A DNA stretch of 59,947 bases, filler included, from Dugesia japonica (GCA_001938525.1; 5 parts of 5 records of this genome joined end to end with filler, not necessarily neighbours in it); one strand, 5' to 3'. Counted from the first letter of the whole stretch, positions 41,671 to 54,959 are shown. A program made the numbers and translations. The notes: generated from the letters alone by a model not told the origin.

Positions 41671-42910
41671 ATTATTAAAACAACAAATTATTTTCGTAGA
41701 ATGTTTTTTGAATACACACCAAAATTAATCTGTAAAATTAAAATTCCTACCGGGCATTTATTTTATAAAATGCATAACTATAAATATTCCATGAAATAAA
41801 ATAATTTAATGCTACAGATGAATAAAATTAAATCGAAATGGTATTTTACACGAGGATTCATGTTAAAATAATTTCTCAAATCTAGAAATTTTATGACTTC
41901 ATTTCGAAACAAATCATTTAAACATCTAAATTTTGTCACCACAGCTTTTTTACAAAATTTTATTAAATAAATGACCGTAAATGGAATTTTCCTAATTTTT
42001 AACACAATAAGAAAATATTTTCAACAAATAAACATTTTTCAATAATTATAAATACAATGTAGGCATTGAAACATAATATTATTATATTATTATTAATATT
42101 TACAAATGTATTAATAGATTATTGCAATCTTTGATAGTCATTTTACAGTAAAACTTTCTAAAATTTTGTCCTCATAAACTTGTTTAAATTNTCGTTTAAC
42201 AAATCANGTTGAAAACTNTATNAAAGTTTTATTGATGTTTAAATTTTTGTTTAAAATTTAACAAAGAANTGACAACTCAATTCTTTATCTAAATTCTAGA
42301 TATTCATTGAAATCAGATCAAAACAATTCCCTTGGTTACTTCATTATAATACAATAAATTATTACATTATTCTAAAGCAAAGTTTTCCAAAATATTAATT
42401 TTCACGGCCCCATTCAAAAAAAGGTTTTTTTTGCCCTTTATTGAAAATATTTATAAATAATGTTTTAAATTTGTTTCAAGATGTTTTATATTAAATAAAA
42501 TTCAATTTGTTTTATTATTAAGTTTTGACATTTTAATTGAGCGAAAGTACATTTTCAAAAAATAGTGTTATCAAAATAAAACAAAGAAATAAGCTTTTCA
42601 ATTAAGATAATTTACGAACAGCTATTTGTGAATAAAGATTTGAACTTTGAANNNNNNNNNNNNNNNNNNNNNNNNNNNNNNNNNNNNNNNNNNNNNNNNN
42701 NNNNNNNNNNNNNNNNNNNNNNNNNNNNNNNNNNNNNNNNNNNNNNNNNNNNNNNNNNNNNNAGATGATCTTTGAAAATCAGAAAACTTTACGAAGTTAT
42801 GATTTCTAAGAATTAAAAATCGAGCTGTTAACGAAACCGTTGCTTGAATTATATTAGGTCTGGGCATAAGCTCGTCTCGTTTTTCTACAAATTTTTTATT
42901 TAATTGAAAT

Positions 42911-43125
42911 TATGAGTATGTTTTAAACGAGTTGAAATTTTTGTGTAGTTGGTGATCGTTTTTCTTGAAATCTTTTTTGAAAAAAATTTAAATTGAAATG
43001 AAGGATTAAATGACAATTAAGTAAATGTTTTAAATTATGAAATTAAATTTTAATAAGTAAACAGAAAATTTATTTTAAAATCTGATTAAAAAATCAAATG
43101 ACTAATAAGTAATTATTTTAAATTC
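42911..43125 (+). repeat. Truncated 5' LTR
   Basis: Direct repeat of 45585-45800 (AGTATGTTTTAA...GATCGTTTTTCTTGAAATC...AAATCAAATGACTAAT). Confidence 0.85.
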
Positions 43126-45584
43126 TAGAAATTAACAAAGATCATAGATTGACTGCGATTATTCAGAATAATAAGAATGTATTTATGCGGATAAATATGA
43201 CATTGGATGCCCACACTTAACGAAGCATCTAATGATCACTAAAGGAGGACCAATCAACTTAAAACCGTATCGCCAACCAATGAATCTAGAGGAAAAAATT
43301 GAAGAGACCATCAAGCATCTAAATAATAATGGTATCATCCGGAAGTTTTATTTACAATGGAATACGCCATCAATCTGTGTTTGAAAAATGGGAAAAAAGG
43401 ATATGCGATTATGTTTAGACTTTAGACAGCTCAATGCAATAACAGATAGACAAGATTTTCATATGCCAAATGTAGACGAAATGCTAGATGTTTTGGAAGG
43501 TGCGCAGTATTTTAGCTCAATAGACTTGGGAAATACATACTACCAAGTGGAACTCAGTGAAGATTCTCAAGAAAAGACAGCTTTTTCGACCAAACAAGGG
43601 TAATTTTGTTTCAATCGAATGCCTTTTGGAATTGCAGCAGCATCAGGCACGTTCGTGGAAACGATGAATAAATTAATCGAAAAAATAAAAGGAGCGATGG
43701 TTTATTTAGATGATATTCTCATTTTTACCGAAACAAAGGAGCAATTCTTTGAAATAATCAATAAAGTATTAACAGAAATTAAGAAGGCTGGTCTTAGAGT
43801 TAATACGGAGAAATTTCAATTCATGCGAAAGAAGATCAATTTCTTGGGACACGTTATCAGTGAGGAAGATGTCAAAACAGATCCAACTAAAATAGAAGCA
43901 ATTAAGAACTTTGGTAAACCAAACTGCGTTAAGAAGATGAGAAGCTTTTTAGGAATTTTCAATTACTACCGAAAGTTTATTAAAGATTATTCAAAGAAAG
44001 CTAGGTTACTGGAACAGCTGTGTAGGGGCCAAGTAACAAGAAAATTGAATGGACGAATGAATTAGAAAACGTTTTACATGGAATGAAAGAACCACTAACG
44101 ATGTCTTCAATATTATGTTTTCCAGATATAAATAGAAAATTTACTTTGGACACGGATGCGAGTTTCGATACGATTGGAGCAGTACTATCTCAAAAGGACC
44201 ACAATAGGCAAGAAAGAGTAATTGCATATGAGTCACACGCAATAACGAGCCATGAGAAAGGATATTATACTACGCGGAAAGAATTACTCGCAATTTACTA
44301 CTTTTTTATTCATTTCAAGCATTACTTATATGGGAAGAGATTTATCCTCAGAACTGACCATCACTTTTATGCAAAATTCCAAGAAGCTGATTACATCACA
44401 GTTCCAAACCTGTATTAATTATTTGAGCAGTTAAGATATAAAATTGGAATATAGAAAAAGATCGTTTCATAGAAATGATGATATGTTGTCAAAGAATGAA
44501 TGCAGTACATGTACACAATGTCTAATGTCACATGAGGATCCCAAAAGTGGAAAATTAAAAAGAAGAATATTAAATACAGTAGATATTCAAGAAAATCAAG
44601 GCAATTTTGGAGAAAATGATGAAGGAACATGGATACTTGATTATAAAATAAAAGAAGTTATAATGAGGATACACCATCTTTTGTGTCATACTGGAGCAGA
44701 AAAAGTAGCGGCGTATATGAAGGATAAATAAAACACGAAACATTTGTGGAGCAAAGTACAAGAGGTTGAGCAAAGTTATATAACATGCCAGAAAGCTAAA
44801 GTGTTGACAACAAAAACGAAGGAAGAAACAAAAAAGACGCAGCCAGCCGAAATGTTTGAGTTGTTTTTTATAGATGTGTGTGAACCACTGCCGGAGACAA
44901 GAGGTCTGAAAAAATATGTTCACAGTATAATATACCAATGCAGTAAGTATGTAGCCATGATAGCAATGACAAAACAAGATGAAGATACCATACGGAAAGC
45001 AATATTGGAGAAGTGGATATTGAAGTTCGGGTGTCCGAGAGAAATTCGAGTTGGTTGTGGAAAAGCTTTTAAGTCTGAATCAATGAAAGATTTTGCAGAT
45101 GATCATGGCATTACCCTCGGGTTTTTGAGTCTATATCATCATAACACAAATGGACAAATCAAGAGACAGTTTAGAACTATGTGGGATCTGATTAATGCAA
45201 CACTTAAAGAAAGGAAAACCTCAGATTGGGTGGATGTATTGCCAGAGATAGAATTTACCTTAAACGCTACAAAACAGAAAACTATCGGGAAAAGCCCTGC
45301 TGAAATCGTCTTTGGAAGAAAATAAGCAGAGGAAAAAGTTATGAAACCAATACTCAAAGAGTGCACAAAGAACAAGAGGAAGAAATATTAACCAAAAGAC
45401 AATTTGAGATTGGTGATGAGGTCTTAGTGAAAGCTGAAACAAGAAACAAGAACCAAGCTCGTTATAAAAGACCCTATAAGATCAAGAGAAAGATTCATGA
45501 CAGACGTTACATCCTGAAAGATACAAACGGAAAAAGTCTTGAAAGAAACATAGAGAAAATCAAAAAATTTCTTAAAAAGAGAGA

Positions 45585-45995
45585 TGTCAGTATGTTTTAA
45601 GCAAGTTGAAAATTTTTGTGTGGTTGATGATCGTTTTTCTTGAAATCTTTTTTGAAAAAATTTAGATTTAAATGAAAATCTAAATGACTCATAATTAATT
45701 GTTTTAAATTTTGAAATTAAATTTTAATAAGTAAACAGAAAATTTATTTTAAAAATCTTTTAAAAAAAATCAAATGACTAATTAGTAATTGTTTTAATTC
45801 TGAAATTAAATTTTAACAAATAGATTGAAAATTTATTTTAAAAATCTTAATAAAAAATCAAATGACTTTAAATCGATTTTAAAAAAATCTTAAGAAACGA
45901 TCACCAATTTAAAACAGAAATTTAATTTGTTTNAAAACTCAATTAGTGTTGTGTTGGGTTTTTAGGATTTGGTGTTTTTATTTTGTATCGACACA
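45585..45995 (+). repeat. 3' LTR (~410 bp; right end approximate)
   Basis: Follows purine tract AAAAAGAGAGA; starts TGTCAG, candidate end TCGACACA. Confidence 0.75.
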
Positions 45996-46291
45996 TTTTC
46001 TGATATTACTTTTAATAATTAATAATTTCATCAACTTATCTAGCGGCATACATAAAAACCACAAGTATTTATGTCACCTCTGTGACATGCCCCTCGTTTC
46101 AACGGGTTCAGCTCAACTTCGAGGTATCGCGTCTTACACATTAGATATCTGAATCCCGACAGCAATAATCTCACATGCTCAGTTAAACCATACTGTTAAA
46201 ATTCTACTTCAACAAATAAAATCTCAAGAAAGTTAAAATACTCATCCATACTCATTAATATTTATTTGATTATGTACACTGCAATTTGTAG

Positions 46292-47285
46292 TTAGGCATT
46301 CAGATCAACGGTCTGCTCTATGGCTTTGGTTGATTCCTCAGGAGATTGGTAATTTAACCACAATGTTCGTAGAGTATGGAACAGTGTGGCCTCACGATCC
46401 ACATAAATCTTGACAATGTCGGCCATAAGGCGGTTGGCCTGTTGAAGTGCCAACTTCTTTTCCTTTAACTGTGCGAATTTCGAGGACGATTGATTCAATT
46501 GCCCCTTGAGTTGCAGGATTTCGTTGCGCAAATTGCATCTCTCCGACTTCCATCGTTTCTGTGCTGCTATTATCTCCCGTTTCGACCCCTTTTCGTCATT
46601 TGATTTGTTCACTATAAATGCAAATATTATACAGTTAAAATAGGTTTCATTCCTATGTAAACAATATTTATCAACGAAATAATAATGATAAGGTGACCAG
46701 CAAAAATAAAATTTATTCTGTCTTCACAAAAAAAATCTAATAAATAATATTTAAATGAAATCACTTAGCCCTAACACTGCCTCTGCAGGTATAAAATTTT
46801 CAACTACTAATGTGACCTACATATCACANNNNNNNNNNNNNNNNNNNNNNNNNNNNNNNNNNNNNNNNNNNNNNNNNNNNNNNNNNNNNNNNNNNNNNNN
46901 NNNNNNNNNNNNNCTCGGAAGCGACCCCAGTGTCGTCCATTAACTGTTTTAGTATATTCTCCTCCACCTTTTCCATCAACGCTCGGGACTCTATCATCTG
47001 TTTTGTGGCCATTGCCATGTCGCGCGCAGATGCCTGAATATCCAGCCTTCGATGGGCCAGTTGAATCTCTAACTTCTCATTCTCCTCGCTTGTGACTTTC
47101 AATTTACGTCTCAATTCCAAATTCCGTTTAACGAGCTCCTGTTGTCCGGCTCTGATTTCACGCTTATCTTTATCGTGAGCTTCTTTCTGTTCGTCCAACA
47201 GCTTCATGGCATTTTTCCTGAAATTCTCGGTGTCACCATCGTTCGTTAGCACCAATGGAATGTGTGGTTTAAAGTAGGCGGTCAT
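46292..47285 (-). CDS. Orphan coiled-coil protein gene, probably two coding exons (47285 to within the N gap; 46611-46292)
   Basis: Two open, locally GC-richer heptad-rich frames; tttatag acceptor at 46612; TATATAAG about 130 bp upstream of the ATG; AATAAA just after the stop. Confidence 0.6.
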
Positions 47286-47417
47286 TTTTTATGAAATACA
47301 AAATTAACTGTTTTTCTAATAACAACATTAAATGTAATTTAAAGCCAAAATAAAAAAAAAATTTAAATAATGACACGTTTCTTTGGCCTACGGCCTATCA
47401 ATTCTTCTTCCACCACT

Positions 47418-47425
47418 TATATAGC
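47418..47425 (-). promoter_or_regulatory. TATA box of the coiled-coil gene
   Basis: AGCTATATAAG on the minus strand; the same 11-mer occurs at 56589 on plus. Confidence 0.5.
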
Positions 47426-48294
47426 TAGAAACCAGAGAAGATGCCCACTAATGCATCCATCTTTCCTAGTTCCTACTACTTCGAAGTTCTACCAAGAACT
47501 CCCTATCAGCTTATTTCAGAAGAAATGCGTCACAACAGTCTGATCATAAAACCATCACTGATAATTATATTGAATGAATATCCTATATTTACTTTCTATT
47601 AAAAATTCTTTGATAAAAAAAACTAAAAGATAACAGTTTTCAACTCTGATGCATAATATTTTCTTTAAATCAATGAATTACACTATGAGAGTTTATAGAA
47701 AATTCATGAATAAAATTATGTAACCAATTTCAAGTAAAAATAATAATAAACATTCAATAATGAAATTTAATCCACGAAAACAAAATCATATTTTCCAATA
47801 ATCAAGCTCCCAAAGCCGAACTCATTGTCATCCTCAACGATGATCATTCATCCACATCTTATTCTTATAAATGTTTACTAGTGCATTCTCGAACCCCCGA
47901 CAACTCGGCTCATTTTCTCACGATATTGCTACTATTAACCCTGATTTTCCATCTTTAAACTCCTTCGATTTAGAATTCATTTGATCTCGATTTGACTAAT
48001 GATTTTCATTACCATACNNNNNNNNNNNNNNNNNNNNNNNNNNNNNNNNNNNNNNNNNNNNNNNNNNNNNNNNNNNNNNNNNNNNNNNNNNNNNNNNNTA
48101 TTGCAATGATTCTACAACTTTTCCTTGTCTACCATTCTATTTTTTATCACAATACTGCTTGATTAATCTGGTTTGCCCGCTTAATGATCTACGCCATAAT
48201 CACTCGCTTGATTTTGTTTGTCGCTTACCGATTTCTTCAAAAATAAATCTGTTAATGTTATTTCGCATTTCTCTGATTCTCTCGATAATACTCA

Positions 48295-48482
48295 TTACGT
48301 TTTGTTTGGCATTTTATTGTTTCTCTCAATAATATTTATTTCGTTTTGTTTGGCATTTTTCGTTTCTCTCAATAATACTTGTCTCATGTTGTTTGGCATT
48401 TTATTGTTTTCTCAATAATATTTCTTTTGTTTTGTTTGGCATTTTTCGTTTCTCTCGATAATACTGGTTTCATTTTGTTTGG
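48295..48482. repeat. ~40-bp tandem repeat, about 4.5 copies
   Basis: TTTGTTTGGCATTTT(ATT/TC)GTTTCTCTC(A/G)ATAATA units. Confidence 0.85.
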
Positions 48483-49333
48483 GAGCTCGATCATCTGATT
48501 CTTTGCAAGGCACACTCAAAGCATGTAATTTAAAATAGATGACAAAATATTAGGAATAAATTAAAATTTATTTCTCTGATTTTTCAAGTTTATCTTCTTC
48601 CGAATTTGATTCTCCAACTGATAGCAAAATAGTAGCAATGATACAAAGATAAGTGATAATATTTTGTTGTCGCTTGTTTCGAGTAAATTTAACTGTATAA
48701 CAAAACTTTAATCGCAGCAAAACTTGGTGAAAAATAATTATCTCTTTTCCCTCCAGTTTTCTGGTTTTATTACAAGCACTAACAAGAAAATTTGGCTCTC
48801 GATTAGCCAGCCAATCCTCTCCATGTTACTCGTTATCCGGGCTTCTGATTGGGTGTCACCTTCCTCTCATTTGATGCGCACCTCTTTATTACGAAGTGTC
48901 TCATGAATTTCGACACCCCAACTTTTAATTGACTTCCTCGTTATCAGTCACCTCGTGTGACCTTTGATAGTTACCGAGGAAAAGTCCTTATCTAGCAGGA
49001 AATGATTCAGCAGTTTTGCTGATTATTTTCGCTTTATTTTTCATCAGCTAGACAAGGAATGATGACTGGACCAAATTAATTAATAATAATAATTAATATC
49101 AAACGCTAATAATAATTTATAATAACGAAATAGGGTCGTAGAGACCCCTTTAATAAATTATTATATTATTGTATTTTATTTTTATTATTCTACTAATTTT
49201 TGCCTTTCAGTACATATATTTATCATTTTCGTACCACCGAAATTGGGTTTTCTACGCCCGATTTTCATTTTTCGGTATTTTTCCCAAAATACGCCATAAT
49301 AATTATAATAATAATCATCACATAATAATAATG

Positions 49334-49433
49334 NNNNNNNNNNNNNNNNNNNNNNNNNNNNNNNNNNNNNNNNNNNNTTAATTAATTAANNNNNNNNNNN
49401 NNNNNNNNNNNNNNNNNNNNNNNNNNNNNNNNN
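49334..49433. other. Artificial contig-joining spacer
   Basis: N44-TTAATTAATTAA-N44. Confidence 0.95.
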
Positions 49434-49739
49434 CTAACAATAACGATAAGGACAATCATAACTAAGGAGCCTAATTTTTATTAGTAATCATAATGATTAT
49501 AATAATAGCAATAATAATGATAATATTAGTGATGATATTGAATACAATGTTAGTAGTATAAGTGCTTCCAACAGGTATAATAAAGGCTAATAAAACTAAA
49601 TGGGAGCGATAATATTAAGTGAAGATTCTGAATGAAAATGTGCTATAATATAATATGAATAATGAAAGTGAATACCAGACTAGAGTTTATAATATTTGGT
49701 TTCTAAAAACTTATTGAAAGTGGTAATACTAAATGATAA

Positions 49740-50770
49740 ATATTATATAGAAGTCGTAAAAGAATAATTGTAATAATAATAACATGGGCCGTAGTCAAAT
49801 TCTATATCCTAAAGTTTTCATTTTAATAAAATTGAAAATTTTATTATATTTATCATTAATAAAAAAAATCGTTTAACTAAATTTTAATGACACAATTCAT
49901 ACAAATAATAACAGAATAATAATAAATAAAAATATTTCTTACTGCTAAAATAAATAAAAGANTACTACGGGAGCACAAGAATTTGATGAATCGTCGATAG
50001 ATAGATTGAATAAATAAGATCTTGATTTGGAGCTGCTTTGAGAATCTTCTGTGAGAATGGTATGAGATTTCGGAGATAGTGGCTGAAAATTGGATCGAAC
50101 TGTTAAGAATTGCAACGATTTATCGTATATCAAAAACTTAGAAAATTGGAATTAAAATGATATTCTGGAGAGCGAGTATTTATAGTGAATTTCTCGTTGA
50201 TAATTATCACGAAATCTATTGAATTGACAACCGCTTCCTGTCTGGATTTGAGATTCTTCTCGAGTAAGTGTGAAGATTTCTTAATTTGTTTACTGATTAC
50301 TTCTAGATAATTGAAGCCGCAATTTGATGGACTTGAGCTGGCGAATTCCAATTGTCAAAAGATTGACAAATTTGGGAGTTTGGTAATATGATGAAAATAA
50401 TTTCTTTAAAATTTTATTATGGTAATTTCCAGCAAATCTTGAAATTGAAATTTTCTTGTAAGTACAATTTTTTCTGAATTTTGGTTGATTTTCACTTGAG
50501 TTTTTAGATCGCAATCTGAGTTTGATGGGTAATATCAAGTCAAATGACAGGATTTATTAGGTTAAGTTTTGTCTATTTTTGAGCCCTTTTTATAGTAAAT
50601 TTTATTAAGATTTATTTTCCATTGGCTGTTTTTGGTCGAAAATTCATACAATTTTCTCACAATTTGCTACACATTCTGGAAAAATAGGTAGTATTTTTTG
50701 TATAACTTAAATATTTGTGGATTAATTTATTTTCTTTTATAGGATATATTTGGTTTAATTCGCTCTCAGA
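49740..50770 (-). promoter_or_regulatory. Repeated promoter/leader-exon cassette, copy A
   Basis: Minus-strand CCAAT (50621), CTATAAAAAGGG (50584-50595), CTATAAATACTC (50174-50185) and donor GCA|GTAAG (49942); colinear with copy B. Confidence 0.65.
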
Positions 50771-51133
50771 CGGATCCCTCAGACACTCCAAATCTATTCC
50801 AACAATTGAATGACAGTTACTTTTTTATTTGTTTGAATTTTTCAATAAAGTTTTTTATTATTTTGATTTTGTTTTTGTTTTGAACTTGTAGTTTTATTAT
50901 TTATTCTGTTTTATTGGGTTTTTTGATAAACAAATTGGTTGGGTTTAGTTCCAACAGATTACTTCTGGGATTGGTATAATTTGTAACTAATTTCATAACT
51001 CATTTTCTCTGTGTATATGTTTTCGTATTTTATTTGGTTACTGACTACTTTTACTGTTTTTGTATTTTTTGGAATATTTTATTTTTCTGATTTTTTTATA
51101 ATTTACAACTTTTTACACATTCGCTCCACTTTC

Positions 51134-52493
51134 CTACACCACATTCCTTATCTCGATGAATATGCTACCATCTTTTACGAAGTTTGATAGCACCTTTTTG
51201 ATCGATATAAACGTTGGGGATCCTGATCCTAAGTACAATAGGAGATCTCGCATGGTTTGCCTTTATATGTTTCGCTATACCCTTCTGACAATCTGTCATA
51301 TCCTATGGTAATTCTCATACTAAATTTGTTTGACATGGGTCATTTTAACTGGCATTCATATTTTCCTTTCCTGATTATAAAGAAAATACTTAAATGGCTT
51401 CCTTTTCCTAATCCATCTCCATTGGGGTAAATTCTTAAGGACGCGAGATTAACTTCTTTAAATAAATAAAATTGTGAGCTCGTATAATCTGGGCTGGTAT
51501 AACGTCCATATTTTTATTATAATATTGGTGCGTGTTGGTTGCTTCCCATAATTGGCGACGAGCTTCTAATAACGCCGATTCTGTTGAAACTAATAATGAA
51601 TTTAAGGTACCACAATGTTGTTCCCATAATGCCTCTGTTGTAATAATTTCGTATACTGCTTTTCGTATTGCTTTTTTAATTCCAGCATTTGTGGTTTGGT
51701 ATCCTGCATTCGATATCGTTCGACGTTTATTTCTTGTCCTNNNNNNNNNNNNNNNNNNNNNNNNNNNNNNNNNNNNNNNNNNNNNNNNNNNNNNNNNNNN
51801 NNNNNNNNNNNNNNNNNNNNNNNNNNNNNNNNNNNNNNNNNNNNNNNNNNNNNNNNNNNNNNNNNNNNNNNNNNNNNNNNNNNNNNNNNNNNNNNNNNNN
51901 NNNNNNNNNNNNNNNNNNNNNNNNNNNNNNNNNNNNNNNNNNNNNNNNNNNNNNNNNNTATTACTATTTTTATTGGTTCTGAAGTTTGCGATTTTATCTT
52001 CAATCCTTCGTTGTTATTATTCAAGAGTATTCGTTGTTTCTGAAATTTTCGATTAACTAAGGTTCATGGAGGAAATGCTGATCTACCTGCTATCCAAGTA
52101 AGAAAACATCTACCTGTTGTGCCCAATATTTTGTGGCACGACTAGATTCTNNNTTTAAATGTTTCATTCGTTCTTCTATACAATGATGACAAAGTGTTAT
52201 CCAACATTCGTGTGATATTTTCTAGAAGTTTATTATCACATATTGTGCAAGCGCCGTTTTCTTATCTGATTTCGGGATAGTTTGATAATAATTCTAAGTC
52301 TTTTTGATGTTAATTTTTTCTTGTAGAGCTTGGCATACCCTGTACCAGTTTGTCGTAGTCGCCATTTGTCCGTCGAATGGCTATCCGCACTTCAGCTCCA
52401 AAAGTTCGGCTGGGATGGAGCGGGAAAAGATGCTGGTTGGCGAAGTTCTGCGGAGCATTCTCGTCTATATCTAAACGTATCAGATTAAATCAT
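51134..52493 (-). pseudogene. TRAF-like gene (RING - coiled coil - MATH/TRAF-C), no visible coding introns, disrupted
   Basis: RING-like CTICDNKL...HEC...LCHHC; coiled coil MLELKKQYEKQYTKLLQ; MATH SSQFY...[33 protein letters not shown]...GSGSPTFIS...FVKDGSIFIEI; stops and frameshifts; one N gap. Confidence 0.88.
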
Positions 52494-52969
52494 GCTTAAT
52501 CTGGAACTCATTATTCATTAATGAAATATTTGGTGACGATATATTTTGGTGTTGTTGTGGAGCTGATTTATAGTGAACCTATAAATAAGTTATAGTGATA
52601 GTAACAGTATCAGTGCTGCAATCAAGAAATGAATCAATAACACTAAATTTTCTGAATATGCATCATTCTATAAAGTCATCAGTAGGGGTAATTACATCTT
52701 GATTCTACGAATATTAGCAACGTTTCGGTAAAGAATACTAATTAAATGGTAAATTTAATAACTTATAAAAATTGATAGTTTTATGAGTAATATTGATAGA
52801 ATATTACAAGGATAATAAATAATTAACGACAATTATAGTAACTAATAATAACACTAACGACCCTAAAATTCAACTATTTATCATAATGGTAATAGGGATA
52901 AGTGATGATGGTATTCTGGAATAATTATTTAATAATAAGCATTGAGATTATCAAGGATATTAACGATAG

Positions 52970-54060
52970 TTATTATATAGAAGTCGTAATAGAATAATAG
53001 TAGTAATAATAACATGGGTCCAATTCTATATCCTATGATTTTACCATTTTCATTTTAATAAATTGAAATTTTTATTCTATTTTTTATATTTATCATTAAT
53101 CAATAAGTAAAGAAAAAATCATTTTACTAAATTTTTAATGATACAAATCATAATAATTAATAACAAGTAATAATAACAAATAAAAATATTTCTTACTGCT
53201 AAATAAATAAAGAATCACTACGGGTGCACAGGAATTGGTCGATTGACGAGAGATGGATTGAATTGATGGAACTGCTATAGAATTAGAAACGATTGATGAG
53301 AGTGATAGAATTTTCTTGAGGGCTTTTGTGATTGATTTTCACGACTGAGAGATAGTCGAATTTATTCCCAAAAGATATTTCGTAAAATTGTCTATTTGCT
53401 TGCTGTTTGTTACTCTGGAAAAGCGAGTATTTATAGAAAATTTGCCGTCGATAATTCTCGTGGTTGTCTATTGAACTGACAGCCGCTTCTTGTCCTGATC
53501 TGCTGTTCTTCTCGAGTAATTATGTTGAATTCCTAAAAAATTTGATCTGATTTCTTTTAGATAATGAAACCGCAATTTGATGGCCTTCATTTAGAGAATT
53601 CCAACTGTCAAACGATTGTCAATTTTGGGAATCAACGTAGATGGTTAAGATAATTTCTTTAAAAATTTAATGTGTTTTAGAAAGAAATCTAAATCTTAAT
53701 TATTGCTCTGATTGCTCAGAATGAATTGGAAATTTCTTCGCAAGTGAGTTTTTTCTTGAAATTGAAATTGTTTTTGAATATTTGTAGATTTGCTATGATT
53801 AAGTAGATAATAAAAAACGCGGATTGTTGTCTCAAGCTAAACGAGATTCATAAGGGTAAGTTTTGTCTATTTTTTAGGCCCTTTTATAGTAATTTTTTTT
53901 CAAATCGATTTTTNATTGGTTGTTTTTGGTCAAAATTCAGATTGATTTTCGTGTAAATCACTGATTTTCCCAGGTAATTTTATTTATTTATTAATTATTT
54001 TCTCAATTTTGTAATTAATTTTCTTTTTATTTTCAGAATATGTTTGTTTAATCGATTTTA
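52970..54060 (-). promoter_or_regulatory. Repeated promoter/leader-exon cassette, copy B, upstream of the TRAF-like gene
   Basis: Same motif order as copy A (CCAAT 53915, TATA ~53889 and ~53436, donor 53196); candidate acceptor TTCCAG at 52501 lies 7 nt before the ATG at 52493. Confidence 0.65.
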
Positions 54061-54224
54061 GTTGGATTTACCAAGAAATCGTGAATATTTTTAAGGATCG
54101 GTGAGAGATTTTTTCCATTCGTTTTTTTCATTTCTTAATTAACTATTTTAATTTGTCAATTAATTCTGTTAAAATTTCCATTATTTTACTTAGATTTTTA
54201 GATAGAGGTGTTGGGTTGTGTCCC

Positions 54225-54242
54225 AAAAATAATAACAATAAC

Positions 54243-54298
<56 letters not shown>

Positions 54299-54348
54299 NN
54301 NNNNNNNNNNNNNNNNNNNNNNNNNNNNNNNNNNNNNNNNNNNNNNNN

Positions 54349-54412
<64 letters not shown>
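54225..54412. repeat. (AAT)n microsatellite; one of many (also ~1350-1570, 23290-23535, 29470-29590, 30240-30315, 41480-41670)
   Basis: Pure AAT/ATT runs, usually interrupted by N gaps. Confidence 0.95.
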
Positions 54413-54415
<3 letters not shown>

Positions 54416-54959
54416 TAGAGATCATGGGTGACATGGCTAAAAAATTATATAACTCAAAATCCACAACGAGCATTTGTTGCAAATGTCCTGTAGTTCCGTT
54501 GAGGGCAGCCACGGTGACTTTTACCTAGGGTTAGCAAAATCGGTGTTTCTTGTATTAATACATAATATTTCGGCTATACCTTCTTCAGGGACTATTGCTC
54601 TAGTTCCTGAAGAAAGCATAGCAGAAATATTGAACTTTCTATGAAAATCGAAAAACATCATTTTGATCTTTTCAAATGAAAATAAATTTTACTTATTGAA
54701 ATTTGTTTTTCAAAATATTTGAAATATAATGAAATCAGTAATAATTGTAATAATAATAAATAATAATGACCATGATAACTACGATGATGATATTGATAAA
54801 TATTAAAAGTAACAATAGAAATACTAATTGTAATCATGGCAACTATAGCAATAATAAAAAATATAATATCAATAATAAAAAGGATAATATTAACCGTAGG
54901 TGAAATCAATATAGTACAATTTTAAGTACAATAGAAACTATTAAGGTACGGTTATCAAC

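Larger units (their letters stand above)
42911..45995 (+). mobile_element. Ty3/Gypsy element with partial 5' LTR, gag/protease deleted, decayed pol and 3' LTR
   Basis: RT (LCLDFRQLN, YLDDILIF), RNase H (LDTDAS), integrase (HHLLCH..C..CQ, D..D..E region), FEIGDEVLVK; 42911-43125 repeats 45585-45800. Confidence 0.95.

Noticed and set aside
47800-48300. Possible decayed minus-strand accessory gene
   Set aside because: No continuous frame or domain signature
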